A DNA stretch of 64,000 nt from an uncultured Candidatus Rokubacteria bacterium (GTDB lineage: Bacteria > Methylomirabilota > Methylomirabilia > Rokubacteriales > DASRDR01), in the NCBI GenBank assembly GCA_963805625.1, contig CAWDVE010000013.1:480001-544000 (forward strand), written 5' to 3'. The stretch's first letter is position 1. Each line of letters opens with the position of its first letter. Of the stretch, positions 9,135-19,500 are shown piece after piece. A model generated the notes under the pieces. It was not told the DNA's origin. It did not search any database and saw only the letters and a program-made list of their open reading frames with translations. The position numbers were made by a program, and so were the translations under genes.

Positions 9135-10271
9135 ATGATGGTGGGGATCCAGGCGGACGACCTCACGGGCGCGTGTGACACGGGGGCACCGTTCGCCGTG
9201 CGCGGGCTCGAGACCCTGGTCGTCATACAGGACGGAAAGAACCCGCCGGCCTGGACTGACACGAGTGCGGACGTCCTCGTCATCGACACCGAGACTCGAG
9301 AGCAGTCGGTGGAGGAGGCGCGCGAGCGAGCCCGCGCAGCCGGCGCTGCCCTCAAGGCCGGTTCGCCCCGTGTCCTCTACAAGAAGGTCGACTCCACGCT
9401 TCGCGGGCGGGTGGCGGCCGAGATCGACGGGATGCTCGACGGCGCGAGGCTCGGGCTGGCGCTCCTCACGTCCGCCTTCCCCGCCCAGCGCCGCACGGTC
9501 ATCGACGGGTGTGTCCGCGTCGGCGGCCGGCTCGCCGACGAGACGCCGATCGCGCGCGACCCCGCCTTCCCGCGCACGGGGGCGAGCGTGCTCGGGCTCC
9601 TGGCCGCTGGCGGCGTGCGGCCGACCGCCGCCTTGCCGCTCAGGACGGTGCGTCGAGGCCGGGATGCCGTCGCGGCGCGGCTCCTGCGCTTCGGCGGGAT
9701 CGGCGGACGGGTTCTCGCCGCGGACGCAGATACCGATGCGGATCTCTCGGTGCTGGCGGAGGTGGCCCGCGGCCGGCCGGTACTCCTGGCCGGGTCGGCC
9801 GGGCTGGCGACGGCGCTCGCCGAGTGCGAGAGCCCCGCGGCGTCCGGCGTCCAGCGGGTTCTTCCCCGCCGGCCCTTGGTCGTGGTCGCCGGGAGCCCGC
9901 ACCCCGCCACCCGGGCGCAACTCTCACGGCTCTCACAGCGGGCGGGCCTCGACGTGCTGGCGCCGCCCGAGAAACAAGGAGTCGACGATCCCCTTCGGCG
10001 CCGCGAGACGGCCGCCCGCCTGGCGGACGCCGCGCGACTCCGCATCGAGCGCAGGAGGCCGGGCGCGATCCTGCTGACCGGCGGCGAGACGGCGATCGCG
10101 GTGCTCCGGACCCTCGGCGCCAGCGGGCTCCGTCTGGCCGGGGAGATCGAGCCCGGCCTCGCCCTGGGAACCCTCGCGGGCGGGCCGTTCGACGGCCTGG
10201 TCGTGATGACCAAGGCGGGCGGTTTCGGCGACGCGGACGCGCTGGAACGCGCCTGGGAGGCCTGCGCGTGA
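9135..10271 (+). CDS. four-carbon acid sugar kinase (DUF1537, DtnK/DenK-like)
   Basis: ADDLTGACD, YKKVDSTLRG, TGGETA, TKAGGFG; adjacent to pdxA2. Confidence 0.9.
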   Translation: MMVGIQADDLTGACDTGAPFAVRGLETLVVIQDGKNPPAWTDTSADVLVIDTETREQSVEEARERARAAGAALKAGSPRVLYKKVDSTLRGRVAAEIDGMLDGARLGLALLTSAFPAQRRTVIDGCVRVGGRLADETPIARDPAFPRTGASVLGLLAAGGVRPTAALPLRTVRRGRDAVAARLLRFGGIGGRVLAADADTDADLSVLAEVARGRPVLLAGSAGLATALAECESPAASGVQRVLPRRPLVVVAGSPHPATRAQLSRLSQRAGLDVLAPPEKQGVDDPLRRRETAARLADAARLRIERRRPGAILLTGGETAIAVLRTLGASGLRLAGEIEPGLALGTLAGGPFDGLVVMTKAGGFGDADALERAWEACA

Positions 10272-11314
10272 CCCGGCCGGTGCTCGGCATCACGATGGGA
10301 GACCCCGCCGGGATCGGACCCGAGATCGCGGCGAAGGCGCTGGCCGAGCCCGAGGTGCGGGAGAAGGCGCGCCCGCTCGTCATCGGCGACGCCCGGGTGA
10401 TGGTCTCGGCCGCCCGGGTCGCCCGCGTCGATCTGGAGGTGCGGGCGCTCGCGCGCGTCGGCGAGGCCACCTTCGCGCCGGACCGGATCGAGGTGCTGGA
10501 TCTCGCCAACGCCGACCCCGCGGCCTTCGCCGTCGGCCGGGTGAGCGCGGTCTGCGGGCGCGCGGCCTACGAGTACATCGAGCGCGGCGTGCGACTCGCG
10601 CAGGAAGGCGCCATCGCCGCGATCGTCACTGCTCCCGTCAACAAGGAGGCGCTCGCCGCAGCGGGCGTCCGCCACTCGGGGCACACCGAGATCCTGGCCG
10701 AGCTCACCGGAACGAAGGCCTACGCCATGCTCCTGATGGGCAAGGAGCTCCGCGTGATCCACGTGACGACCCACGTGGCGCTCCGCCGCGTCCCCGAGCT
10801 CGTCACGCGGGAGCGCGTCGCGCGGACGATCCGGCTCGGTGACCGGGCGATGCGGGACCTCGGGATCGCTCGCCCGCGCATCGCCGTGTGCGGTCTGAAT
10901 CCCCACGCCGGCGAGAACGGGCTCTTCGGGGACGAGGAGCAGGTGGCGATCAGCCCCGCAATCGCCGATGCGCGCGCCGAGGGCATCGACGCGACCGGCC
11001 CCTACCCCGCGGACACGCTCATGAGCCGCGCCGCCGGAGGCGAGTTCGACTGCGTCGTCGCCATGTTCCACGATCAGGGGCACACGCCCGTCAAGGCGCT
11101 CGGCTTCCGGTACGACGAGGCGAAGAAGGCGTGGACCGGCCTGTCCGGTGTGAACGTGACCGTCGGGCTCCCCATCCTCCGGGTCTCCGTGGATCACGGC
11201 ACCGCCTTCGACCGGGCGGGCACCGGGACCGCGAATCCGGAGAGCATGGTGGAGGCCATCCTCGTCGCCGCCGAGATGGCGCGGAGCCGCGAGCGCGCGG
11301 CGTCCCAGCCCTGA
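10268..11314 (+). CDS. pdxA2: PdxA2-type 4-phospho-threonate/erythronate dehydrogenase
   Basis: MGDPAGIGPE, GHTE, LNPHAGE, MFHDQGH, VDHGTAFD; GTGA overlap with the kinase stop. Confidence 0.9.
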   Translation: MTRPVLGITMGDPAGIGPEIAAKALAEPEVREKARPLVIGDARVMVSAARVARVDLEVRALARVGEATFAPDRIEVLDLANADPAAFAVGRVSAVCGRAAYEYIERGVRLAQEGAIAAIVTAPVNKEALAAAGVRHSGHTEILAELTGTKAYAMLLMGKELRVIHVTTHVALRRVPELVTRERVARTIRLGDRAMRDLGIARPRIAVCGLNPHAGENGLFGDEEQVAISPAIADARAEGIDATGPYPADTLMSRAAGGEFDCVVAMFHDQGHTPVKALGFRYDEAKKAWTGLSGVNVTVGLPILRVSVDHGTAFDRAGTGTANPESMVEAILVAAEMARSRERAASQP

Positions 11315-11316
11315 CC

Positions 11317-12420
11317 GTGCCGCTCTACCGCATCGCGGTTCTCGCCGGGGACGGCATCGGGCCCGAGGTGATCGCCGAGGCACTCAAGATCCTCGACGCC
11401 GTCGCCGTGCCGGGGCGGCTCGAGTTCGTCTTCGAGGAAGCGGCCGCGGGAGCGGACTGCTACCGGCGCACCGGCGAGGAGCTGCCGGGCGAGACGCTCG
11501 AGGTCTGCCAGGCGGCGGACGCGATCCTGTTCGGCGCGGCGGGACTGCCCGACGTGCGCTTCCCGGACGGAACGGAGATCGCGCCCCAGCTCGCGCTCCG
11601 GATCGCCCTCGACCTCTACGTGGGCCTCCGGCCCATCCGGCTTCACCCGGGAGTGCCCACGCCCCTCCGGCTCGGCGAGCGCGAGCGGATCGACTATGTC
11701 ATCCTGCGCGAGAACACCGAGGGGCTCTACGCCTCGCGCGGGGCGGGCGTCCTGGTCGGCGGCCACGTCGCGACGGACACCCTCGTCGTCACGCGGCCCG
11801 GCGTCCTCCGGATCTGCCGCCAGGCGTTCAAGGTGGCGCGCCGGCGCCACGGCGCCCCCCGGGACGGAGTCCGGCGGGTGACGCTCGTCGACAAGGCCAA
11901 CGTGCTCAAGAGCTACGCCTTCTTCCGCGCGCTGTTCGACGAGGTGGCGGCCGACTACCCCGACGTCCAGGCGGAGCACGCGTACGTCGACGCGATGACG
12001 ATGTATCTCGTGCAGCGCCCGGGCCACTACGACGTGATCGTGGCCGAGAACATGTTCGGCGACATCCTCTCGGACCTGGCCGCCGCCACCGTGGGCGGGC
12101 TCGGCATGGCACCGTCCGGGGACATCGGTGACCACCACGCCCTGTTCCAGCCCTCCCACGGGACGGCGCCCGACATCGCGGGCAAGGGTATCGCCAATCC
12201 CCTGGCGACCATCCTTTCGGCCGGGCTCATGCTGGAGTGGCTCGCGGAGCGCGACGGCAACGATGACGCCGCGAGCGCGGCCGCGCGGATCGAGGCAGCC
12301 GTGGACGCGGTGACCGGCGCCGGCCGCGTCCTCACGCCGGACCTCGGCGGTCCCGGCACGACGGGCGCCGTGGGTGACGCCGTGGTCGCGGCGCTCGCCG
12401 CCCTGCCCGCCCGGACCTGA
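11317..12420 (+). CDS. isocitrate/isopropylmalate/tartrate dehydrogenase family (beta-decarboxylating)
   Basis: [47 protein letters not shown]. Confidence 0.9.
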   Translation: MPLYRIAVLAGDGIGPEVIAEALKILDAVAVPGRLEFVFEEAAAGADCYRRTGEELPGETLEVCQAADAILFGAAGLPDVRFPDGTEIAPQLALRIALDLYVGLRPIRLHPGVPTPLRLGERERIDYVILRENTEGLYASRGAGVLVGGHVATDTLVVTRPGVLRICRQAFKVARRRHGAPRDGVRRVTLVDKANVLKSYAFFRALFDEVAADYPDVQAEHAYVDAMTMYLVQRPGHYDVIVAENMFGDILSDLAAATVGGLGMAPSGDIGDHHALFQPSHGTAPDIAGKGIANPLATILSAGLMLEWLAERDGNDDAASAAARIEAAVDAVTGAGRVLTPDLGGPGTTGAVGDAVVAALAALPART

Positions 12421-12430
12421 CCGACCGGCA

Positions 12431-13466
12431 ATGCGGGCGATCGTCATCCACCGGCATGGCGGGCCCGAGGTGCTCACCTACGAGGCCCACTGGCCCGACC
12501 CGGTGGCCGGACCGGGCGAGATGGTCGTCCGCGTCCACGCGTGCGCCCTCAACCCGCTCGACATCTTCACCCGCGAGGGCATGCCCGGAGAGCCGACGCC
12601 GCTCCCGCACATCACGGGGGGCGACATCGCGGGCACGGTCGCCTCGGTCGGACCCGGCGTGGAGTGGCCTCGTGTCGGGGACCGGGTCGTGCTCAACCCG
12701 TCCTGGGGGTGCGGCGCGTGCGAGTACTGCCGGGACGGCGAGGTCCCGAAATGCATCCGCGTCCACATGCTCGGCGAGATGGATCCGGGCGGGCTGGCGG
12801 AGCTACGTGAAGTGCCCCGCGCGCCAGGCGATCCTCCTTCCCGAGCACTACCCCTTCGAGGAAGCCGCGTGCCTCCCGATCACCTTCGGCACCGCCTGGC
12901 GGATGCTGGTGACCCACGCGCGGGTCCAGCCCGGCGAGGACGTGCTCGTCCACGGCGCGGTCGGCGGCGTCGGCCTCGCGGCGATCCAGATCGCCAAGCT
13001 GGCGGGCGCGCGTGTCTTCGCCACCGCGTCGACGGCGGAGAAGCTCGAGCGCGCGACCGAGCTCGGCGCCGACGTCGCCATCAACTACGCCGAGGACCGG
13101 GAGTGGGACGCGACGGTCCGCCGCCTCACCGGCAAGCGCGGCGTCGACGTCATCGTCGAGACGGTCGGCACGGCGACGTGGGAGCGCTCGATCCGCGCCC
13201 TCGGCAAGGGCGGGCGCCTCGTCGTGAGCGGCGCCACGTCGGGGCCGATCGGCCCGACGGACCTCCGCTATCTCTTCCGCCGCGAGCACACGATCCAGGG
13301 CTCGAACGGCTGGACGCAGAACGACCTGCTCACGATCACGCGTCTGGCCTTCGCAGGAAAGCTGCGCCCGGTGATCGACCGCGTGCTGCCTCTCGAGCAG
13401 ACTGCCGAGGGTGAACGAGCCTTGGAGCGACGCGAGGTCATCGGCAAGGTCGTGATCCAGCCCTAG
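12431..13466 (+). CDS. zinc-binding MDR alcohol dehydrogenase/quinone reductase; +1 frameshift at about 12803, probably a sequencing error
   Basis: N-half carries a CGACEYC...C structural Zn site; removing C12803 gives GGLAE-YVKCPA and continues into HGAVGGVG...GKVVI. Confidence 0.85.
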
Positions 13467-13504
13467 GCGGGACGCTCCCGGACCCTCATCGCGCGGTCCG
13501 CCGC

Positions 13505-13534
13505 TTGACCCCCGGCCGGCCACCGGACTACCTT
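13505..13534 (+). promoter_or_regulatory. possible sigma70 promoter of the signalling locus
   Basis: TTGACC-18-TACCTT upstream of 13600. Confidence 0.35.
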
Positions 13535-13599
13535 CGGGGCCGTCAACCTCTGCTCGCTGGACCACCGGGGCCATCAGCCCGAGTTCCGGAGACTGATCA

Positions 13600-16500
13600 A
13601 TGGGAGTTCGCGCAGCCAGGATCCGAGGTCAGTCGAGGGCGCCCGCCAAGGGCGATCCAGATCGCCGCCGCGCGCTTCGGGCGGGCCCCCGATCGCCAGG
13701 CGACCCCCCGGCCATACTGCAGGCCATCGCACGGACAGCCGCCCGCCTCTGCGACGCGTCAAATGCCCACATCTACCGACTGGAGAGTGACCAGCTCCGG
13801 CTGGAAGCGATTCAGGGATCCGAGCCTGAGCGATGGCTCGGTCAGGCGGTCCTGGTCACCCGGGAGCTCCCGAGCGGCTGCGCCGTTCTGGACCGCCGCA
13901 CGATCCACGTCCGCAATGCCCAGTCGGCCACCGCGGAGCGACGATATCCGGGGCTCAAGCACATACCCCATCTCCGCACCATGCTCGCGATGCCGCTGCT
14001 ACAGGATGGTGCCGCCGTCGGGCTCATCATCATCTGGCGGGCACGCGTCCGACCGTTCACCGCGAAGCAGATCGAGCTCCTCCGGACCTTCGCCAACCAG
14101 GCGGCGATCGCCCTCGAGAACGAGCGCCTCGCCCAGGCGCTCGCCGCGCGGAACGCCGAGCTGACCGAGGCGCTGGAGCAGCAGACGGCGACCAGCGAGA
14201 TCCTGCGGGTCATCTCGAGCTCGCCCACCGACATCCAGCCGGTGTTCGACACGATCGTCAGGAGCGCGGCGACGCTCTGCGCCGCGACGACCGCCGGCCT
14301 GTTCCGGTTCGATGGCAGCCTGATCCATCTCGGGGCCTACCACAACTGGGACCCGGAGATGCTCGAGAGTGTCCGGCAGGCCTTCCCCGGCCGCCTGGCC
14401 GAGGCACCCTGACTGCCCGCGCCATTCTCTCCGGCCAGGTGATCACGTGCCGGACATCACCGTCGACCCGGAGTTCGCCGCCCCGAGCATCGTCCAGGCC
14501 GGATTTCGATCCGAGGTCTCGGTGCCGATGCTCCGTGCGAGCACGCCGATCGGCGCCATCACGGTCACGCGTCAAGAAGTGAAGCCATTCTCGGACAAGC
14601 AGATCGAGCTGCTCAAGACCTTCGCCGATCAGGCCGTCATCGCCATCGAGAACGTCCGCCTCTTTCAGGAGCTGGAGGCTCGAAACCGAGACCTCACGGA
14701 GGCGCTGGAGCAGCAGACGGCGACGAGCGAGGTCCTGAAGGTCATCAGCCGCTCGACGTTCGATCTCCAGCCCGTGCTGAAAACCCTGATCGAGAGTGCC
14801 GTGAGACTCTGCCATGGGGAGAAGGGCTTCATCTACCGGCAGGACGGGGATGTTTATCGCGCGGTGGCAGCCCACGGCGCCTCGCCCGAGTTCATGGAAC
14901 AGGTCGTGGAGAGGAACCCGATCCGCCTGAATCGGGAATCCGCGACCGGAAGGGCAGCGCTCGAGCGCCGGGTCGTGCACATCCCCGATATCCTCGCGGA
15001 CCCCGAGTACAAGTGGGCCATCGATCAGCTGGGCGGGGAGATCCGCACGATCCTCGCCGTCCCCATGCTCAGGGAAGCTACGGTCATCGGCGTGATCGTG
15101 ATCCGGAGGATCGAGGTCCGGCCTTTCACCGACAAGCAGATCGAGCTGGTGAGGACCTTCGCCGACCAGGCCGTCATCGCCATCGAGAACGTCCGCCTGT
15201 TCCAGGAGCTGGAGGCCCGGAATCGAGATCTGACCGAATCCCTCGAGCAGCAGACGGCGACGAGCGAGATCCTGCGGGTCATCTCGAGCTCGCCCACCGA
15301 TGTCCAGCCCGTGTTCGACACGATCGCTGCGAGTGTCGTCAAGCTCTGCGACGGCCTCTTCAGCGGCGTGTTTCGCTTCGACGGTCAGCTGATCCACTTC
15401 GTCGCGCACCACAACTTTACAGACGAGGGGCTCCAGGCGTTTCGCCGCACCTACCCGCGGGCGCCGAGTCGGGAGACGCAGGTCGCAACGGCCATCCTGG
15501 ACCGCACCGTCGTCGAGGTGCGTGACTTCGAGAACGACCCCGACATTCGCCCACCGTCGCTCGCTCTCGCCAGAGCCCTCGGCTATCGTAGCAACCTGTC
15601 GGTCCCGATGGTGCGCGAAGGAAATCCCATCGGGGCGATCGCCGTCGCGCGCGCCGAGGCGGGGCCGTTCTCGGACAAGCAGATCGAGCTGCTGAAGACC
15701 TTCGCCGACCAGGCCGTCATCGCCATCGAGAACGTCCGCCTGTTCCAGGAGCTGGAGGCCCGGAACCGTGATCTCACCGAGGCACTGGAGCAGCAGACGG
15801 CGACGAGTGAGATCCTGCGCGTCATCTCGAGCTCGCCGACGGACATCGAGCCCGTCTTGAACACGGTTGCTGAAAACGCCGCGAGGCTGTGTGAGGCGAT
15901 CGACGCTCAGATCTTTCGAGTGGAGGGGGATTTCCTGCGTCAGGCTGCCTCGTTCGGATCCATTCCGGTTCATACTGGACGCGCCATCAGTCGCGGTTGG
16001 GTGACCGGACGTTCCGTCGTTGACCGAAGAACGATTCATGTCCATGACCTCGCGGCGGAATCGGAGGCGGAGTTCCCCGTCGGCAGGGAGGCACAGGAGC
16101 TCTTTGGCCATCGGACCACGCTCGCCACGCCCCTTCTGCGGGAGGGGCAGCCGCTCGGGGCGATCCTCATTCGCCGCATGGAGGTCCGGCCGTTCTCGGA
16201 CAAGCAGATCAAGCTCCTGGAGACCTTCGCCGATCAGGCCGTCATCGCCATCGAGAACGTCCGCTTGTTCAAGGAACTGGAGGCCCGCAATCGCGATCTG
16301 ACCGAGGCCCTCGAGCAGCAGACGGCGACCAGCGAGATCCTCCGCGTCATCTCGAGCTCCCCGACCGACGTCCAGCCGGTGTTCGACACGATCGCGCGGA
16401 GCGCGGCGCGGCTGTGTGAAGCCCTCGACGCCGTCGTCTACCGAGTCGACGGAGATGTCCTGCGCCCCGCGGCGCATCACGGCTCGATCACGACCGGCTC

Positions 16501-19500
16501 CGTGCCACTGATCCCGGGAACCCTCGGCGGGCGCAGCGTGATCGCGCGACGAACCATCCACGTCGCCGACGTCCGGGGGGAGGTGGACGAATTCCCGGAG
16601 GGAGCCGCGATTGCTCAGCGGGAACGGACCCAGTCGATGGTCAGCGTTCCATTGCTGCTGGAAGGCAACGCGATTGGCACCATCGGGGTCCGCCGCATCG
16701 AAGTCCGGCCATTCAGCGAACAGCACATTGCGCTCCTCGAAACGTTCGCCGCTCAGGCGGTCATCGCCATCGAGAACGTCCGCCTCTTCCAGGAGCTGGA
16801 GGCCCGGAATCGCGATCTGACCGAATCCCTCGAGCAGCAGACGGCGACGAGCGAAGTCCTGAAGGTCATCAGCCGCTCGACGTTCGATCTCCAGCCCGTG
16901 CTGGAAAGCCTCATCGAGAGCGCGGCCAGGCTCTGCAACGCCCACCGGGGCTCGATCTATCGTCAGGATGGCGACGTCTATCGGATGGCCGTGACCTACG
17001 GGGAGTCTGCGGAGGCCATCGAGGTCCTGAGGCGACACCCCCACCGCCCGGATCGAGAGTCTGGAACGGGCCGGGCCCTCCTCGAGCGCCGAGTCATCCA
17101 CATCCACGACGCCATGGCCGATCCCGAGTATCGCTGGGCCGAGACCGAGAGAGGCGCGGAGGTGCGGACGATCCTGGCCGTCCCCCTGCTGCGGGAAGCC
17201 ACCGTCATCGGCGTGATCACACTCCACAGGGTCGAGGTCCAGCCCTTCAGCGACAAGCAGATCGAGCTGGTGAAGACCTTCGCCGACCAGGCCGTCATCG
17301 CCATCGAGAACGTCCGGCTCTTCCAGGAGCTGCAGGTCCGGAATCGCGATCTGACCGAGGCACTGGAGCAGCAGACGGCGACGGGTGAAATCCTGCGCGT
17401 CATCTCGAGCTCGCCCACCGACGTTCAACCCGTGTTCGATACGATCGTGCGGAGCGCTGTCCGACTCTGCGACGGGCTATACGGCGCCGTCAACATGTTC
17501 GACGGCGAGATGATCCTCCACCCTTCTGCCAACTACAACTACACGCCCGAGGCGATGGCCGCCGTGAAGCGCATGTATCCGAGGCGCCCAAGCCGCCAGC
17601 AGCTAGTCGGTCGAGCCGTTCTCAGCCGAACGGTGGCCCAGATTCCCGACGTCCTGAACGATCCCGAGTACGCACCGGACATAGCGCTGGCCGGAGGCTG
17701 GCGTAGCGCCCTCGCCGCGCCCATGCTCCGGGACGGGCATCCCGTCGGCACGATCCTCGTCACACGGACACAGACCGGGCCCTTCTCGGAGCGCCAGATG
17801 GAGCTCCTCAAGATCTTCGCCGACCAGGCGGTCATCGCCATCGAGAACGTCCGGCTGTTTCAGGAGCTCGAGACCCGCAACCGCGATCTCACTGAAGCGC
17901 TGGACCAGCAGACCGCCACGAGCGAGGTCCTGAAGGTCATCAGCCGCTCGACGTTCGATCTCCAGCCGGTCCTCCAGAGCCTCATGGAGAGCGCGGTGAG
18001 GCTGTGCGGCGCCGACAAGGGCTTCATCTACAGGCAGGAAGGGGACGTCTACCGCGCGGCGGTCGCGTACGGGGAATCGCCGGACTTCATCGAGGTGGTG
18101 AAGCGGCATCCTCATCGCCCCGGCCGGGAGTCCGCGACGGGCCGGGCCCTCCTCGAGCGCCGCGTCATTCACATCCACGACGCCATGGCCGATCCCGAGT
18201 ACCGCTGGGCCGAGACCGAGAGAGGTGCCGAGGTCCGGACGATCCTGGCCGTCCCCATGCTGCGGGAAGCCGCGGTCATCGGCGTCTTCATGATCAGACG
18301 GACGGAGGTTCGGCCTTTCACCGACAAGCAGATCGAGCTGGTGAAGACCTTCGCAGACCAGGCCGTGATCGCGATCGAGAACGTCCGGCTCTTCCAGGAG
18401 CTCCAGGGCCGGAATCGCGATCTGACCGAATCCCTCGAGCAGCAGACGGCGACGGGCGAGATCCTGCGCGCAATCAGCGGTGCGCAGACGGACGCGCAGC
18501 CCGTGTTCGAGGCGATCGTGAGGAACGCCGTTCGACTGTGTGACGGCTTCTACAGCGTGCTGTTCGCGTTCGACGGCGAGTGGCTTCGGGTGCGGGCGCT
18601 GCACAACATGTCATCGGAGATGCTTCAGGCTTTCACGCAGAGGTACCCGATGCGGGCGGAGGAGCGAAGGGGCATGGCGGCCCTGGCCGTCGTCGAGGGA
18701 CGAATGGTCCGCGTGCGGGACATGCAGGAAGATCCGGAGGTCCCCCCGGAGTCGCGGCGCTTCGCGAAGGTGATAGGCCACCGTTCGTTCGTTGCGGTGC
18801 CGATGCTGAAAGACGAGCGATCCGTGGGCGCCATCGTCGTGTCCCGCAGGGACGTGGCGCCGTTCTCGGACTCGGAGGTGGCCCTCCTCCAGACGTTCGC
18901 CGACCAGGCGGTCATCGCCATCGAGAACGTCCGATTGTTCCAGGAGCTCGAGGCTCGGAACCGGGACCTCACCGAGGCGCTGGAGCAGCAGACGGCCACG
19001 AGCGACGTCCTGAAGGTCATCAGCCGCTCGACGTTCGATCTCCAGCCCGTGCTAGAAACTCTCATCGAGAGCGCGGTGAGGCTCTGCGGCGCCAACACGG
19101 GCTTGATCGTCAGGCAGGACGGGGAGCTCTACCGCGTGGTGCTCGGCTACGGGATGACCCCGGAAGCCATCGAGCTCCACAAGAAATACCCAATGAGTCT
19201 GAATCGGGAGTCCGCGACGGGCCGGGCCCTCCTCGAGCGCCGCGTCATCCACCTCCACGACGCCATGGCGGATCCCGAGTACCGCTGGGCCGAGGCCGCG
19301 AGACGCCCCGGGGTCCAGACGGCCCTGCCCGAGGTCCGGACGATCCTGGCCGTCCCCATGCTGCGGGAAGCCACCGTCATCGGCGTCATCGTGGTCGAAA
19401 GGGCCGAGGTTCATCCCTTCACCGACAAGCAGATCGAGCTGGTAACCACCTTCGCCGACCAGGCCGTCATCGCGATCGAGAACGTGCGGCTGTTCCAGGA

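Noticed and set aside
12795-12810. Programmed frameshifting (also about 14388, 25317, 54200)
   Set aside because: No slippery heptamer or stimulatory structure; scattered single-base indels fit long-read error
14258-17428. Long antisense ORFs (also 2187-4379, 9377-11383, 40953-44630 and others)
   Set aside because: Shadow frames typical of high-GC DNA, opposite well-supported genes
14089-19500. Regularly spaced repeats as a CRISPR-like or non-coding array
   Set aside because: Units are about 540 bp, in frame and encode GAF linkers; no cas genes
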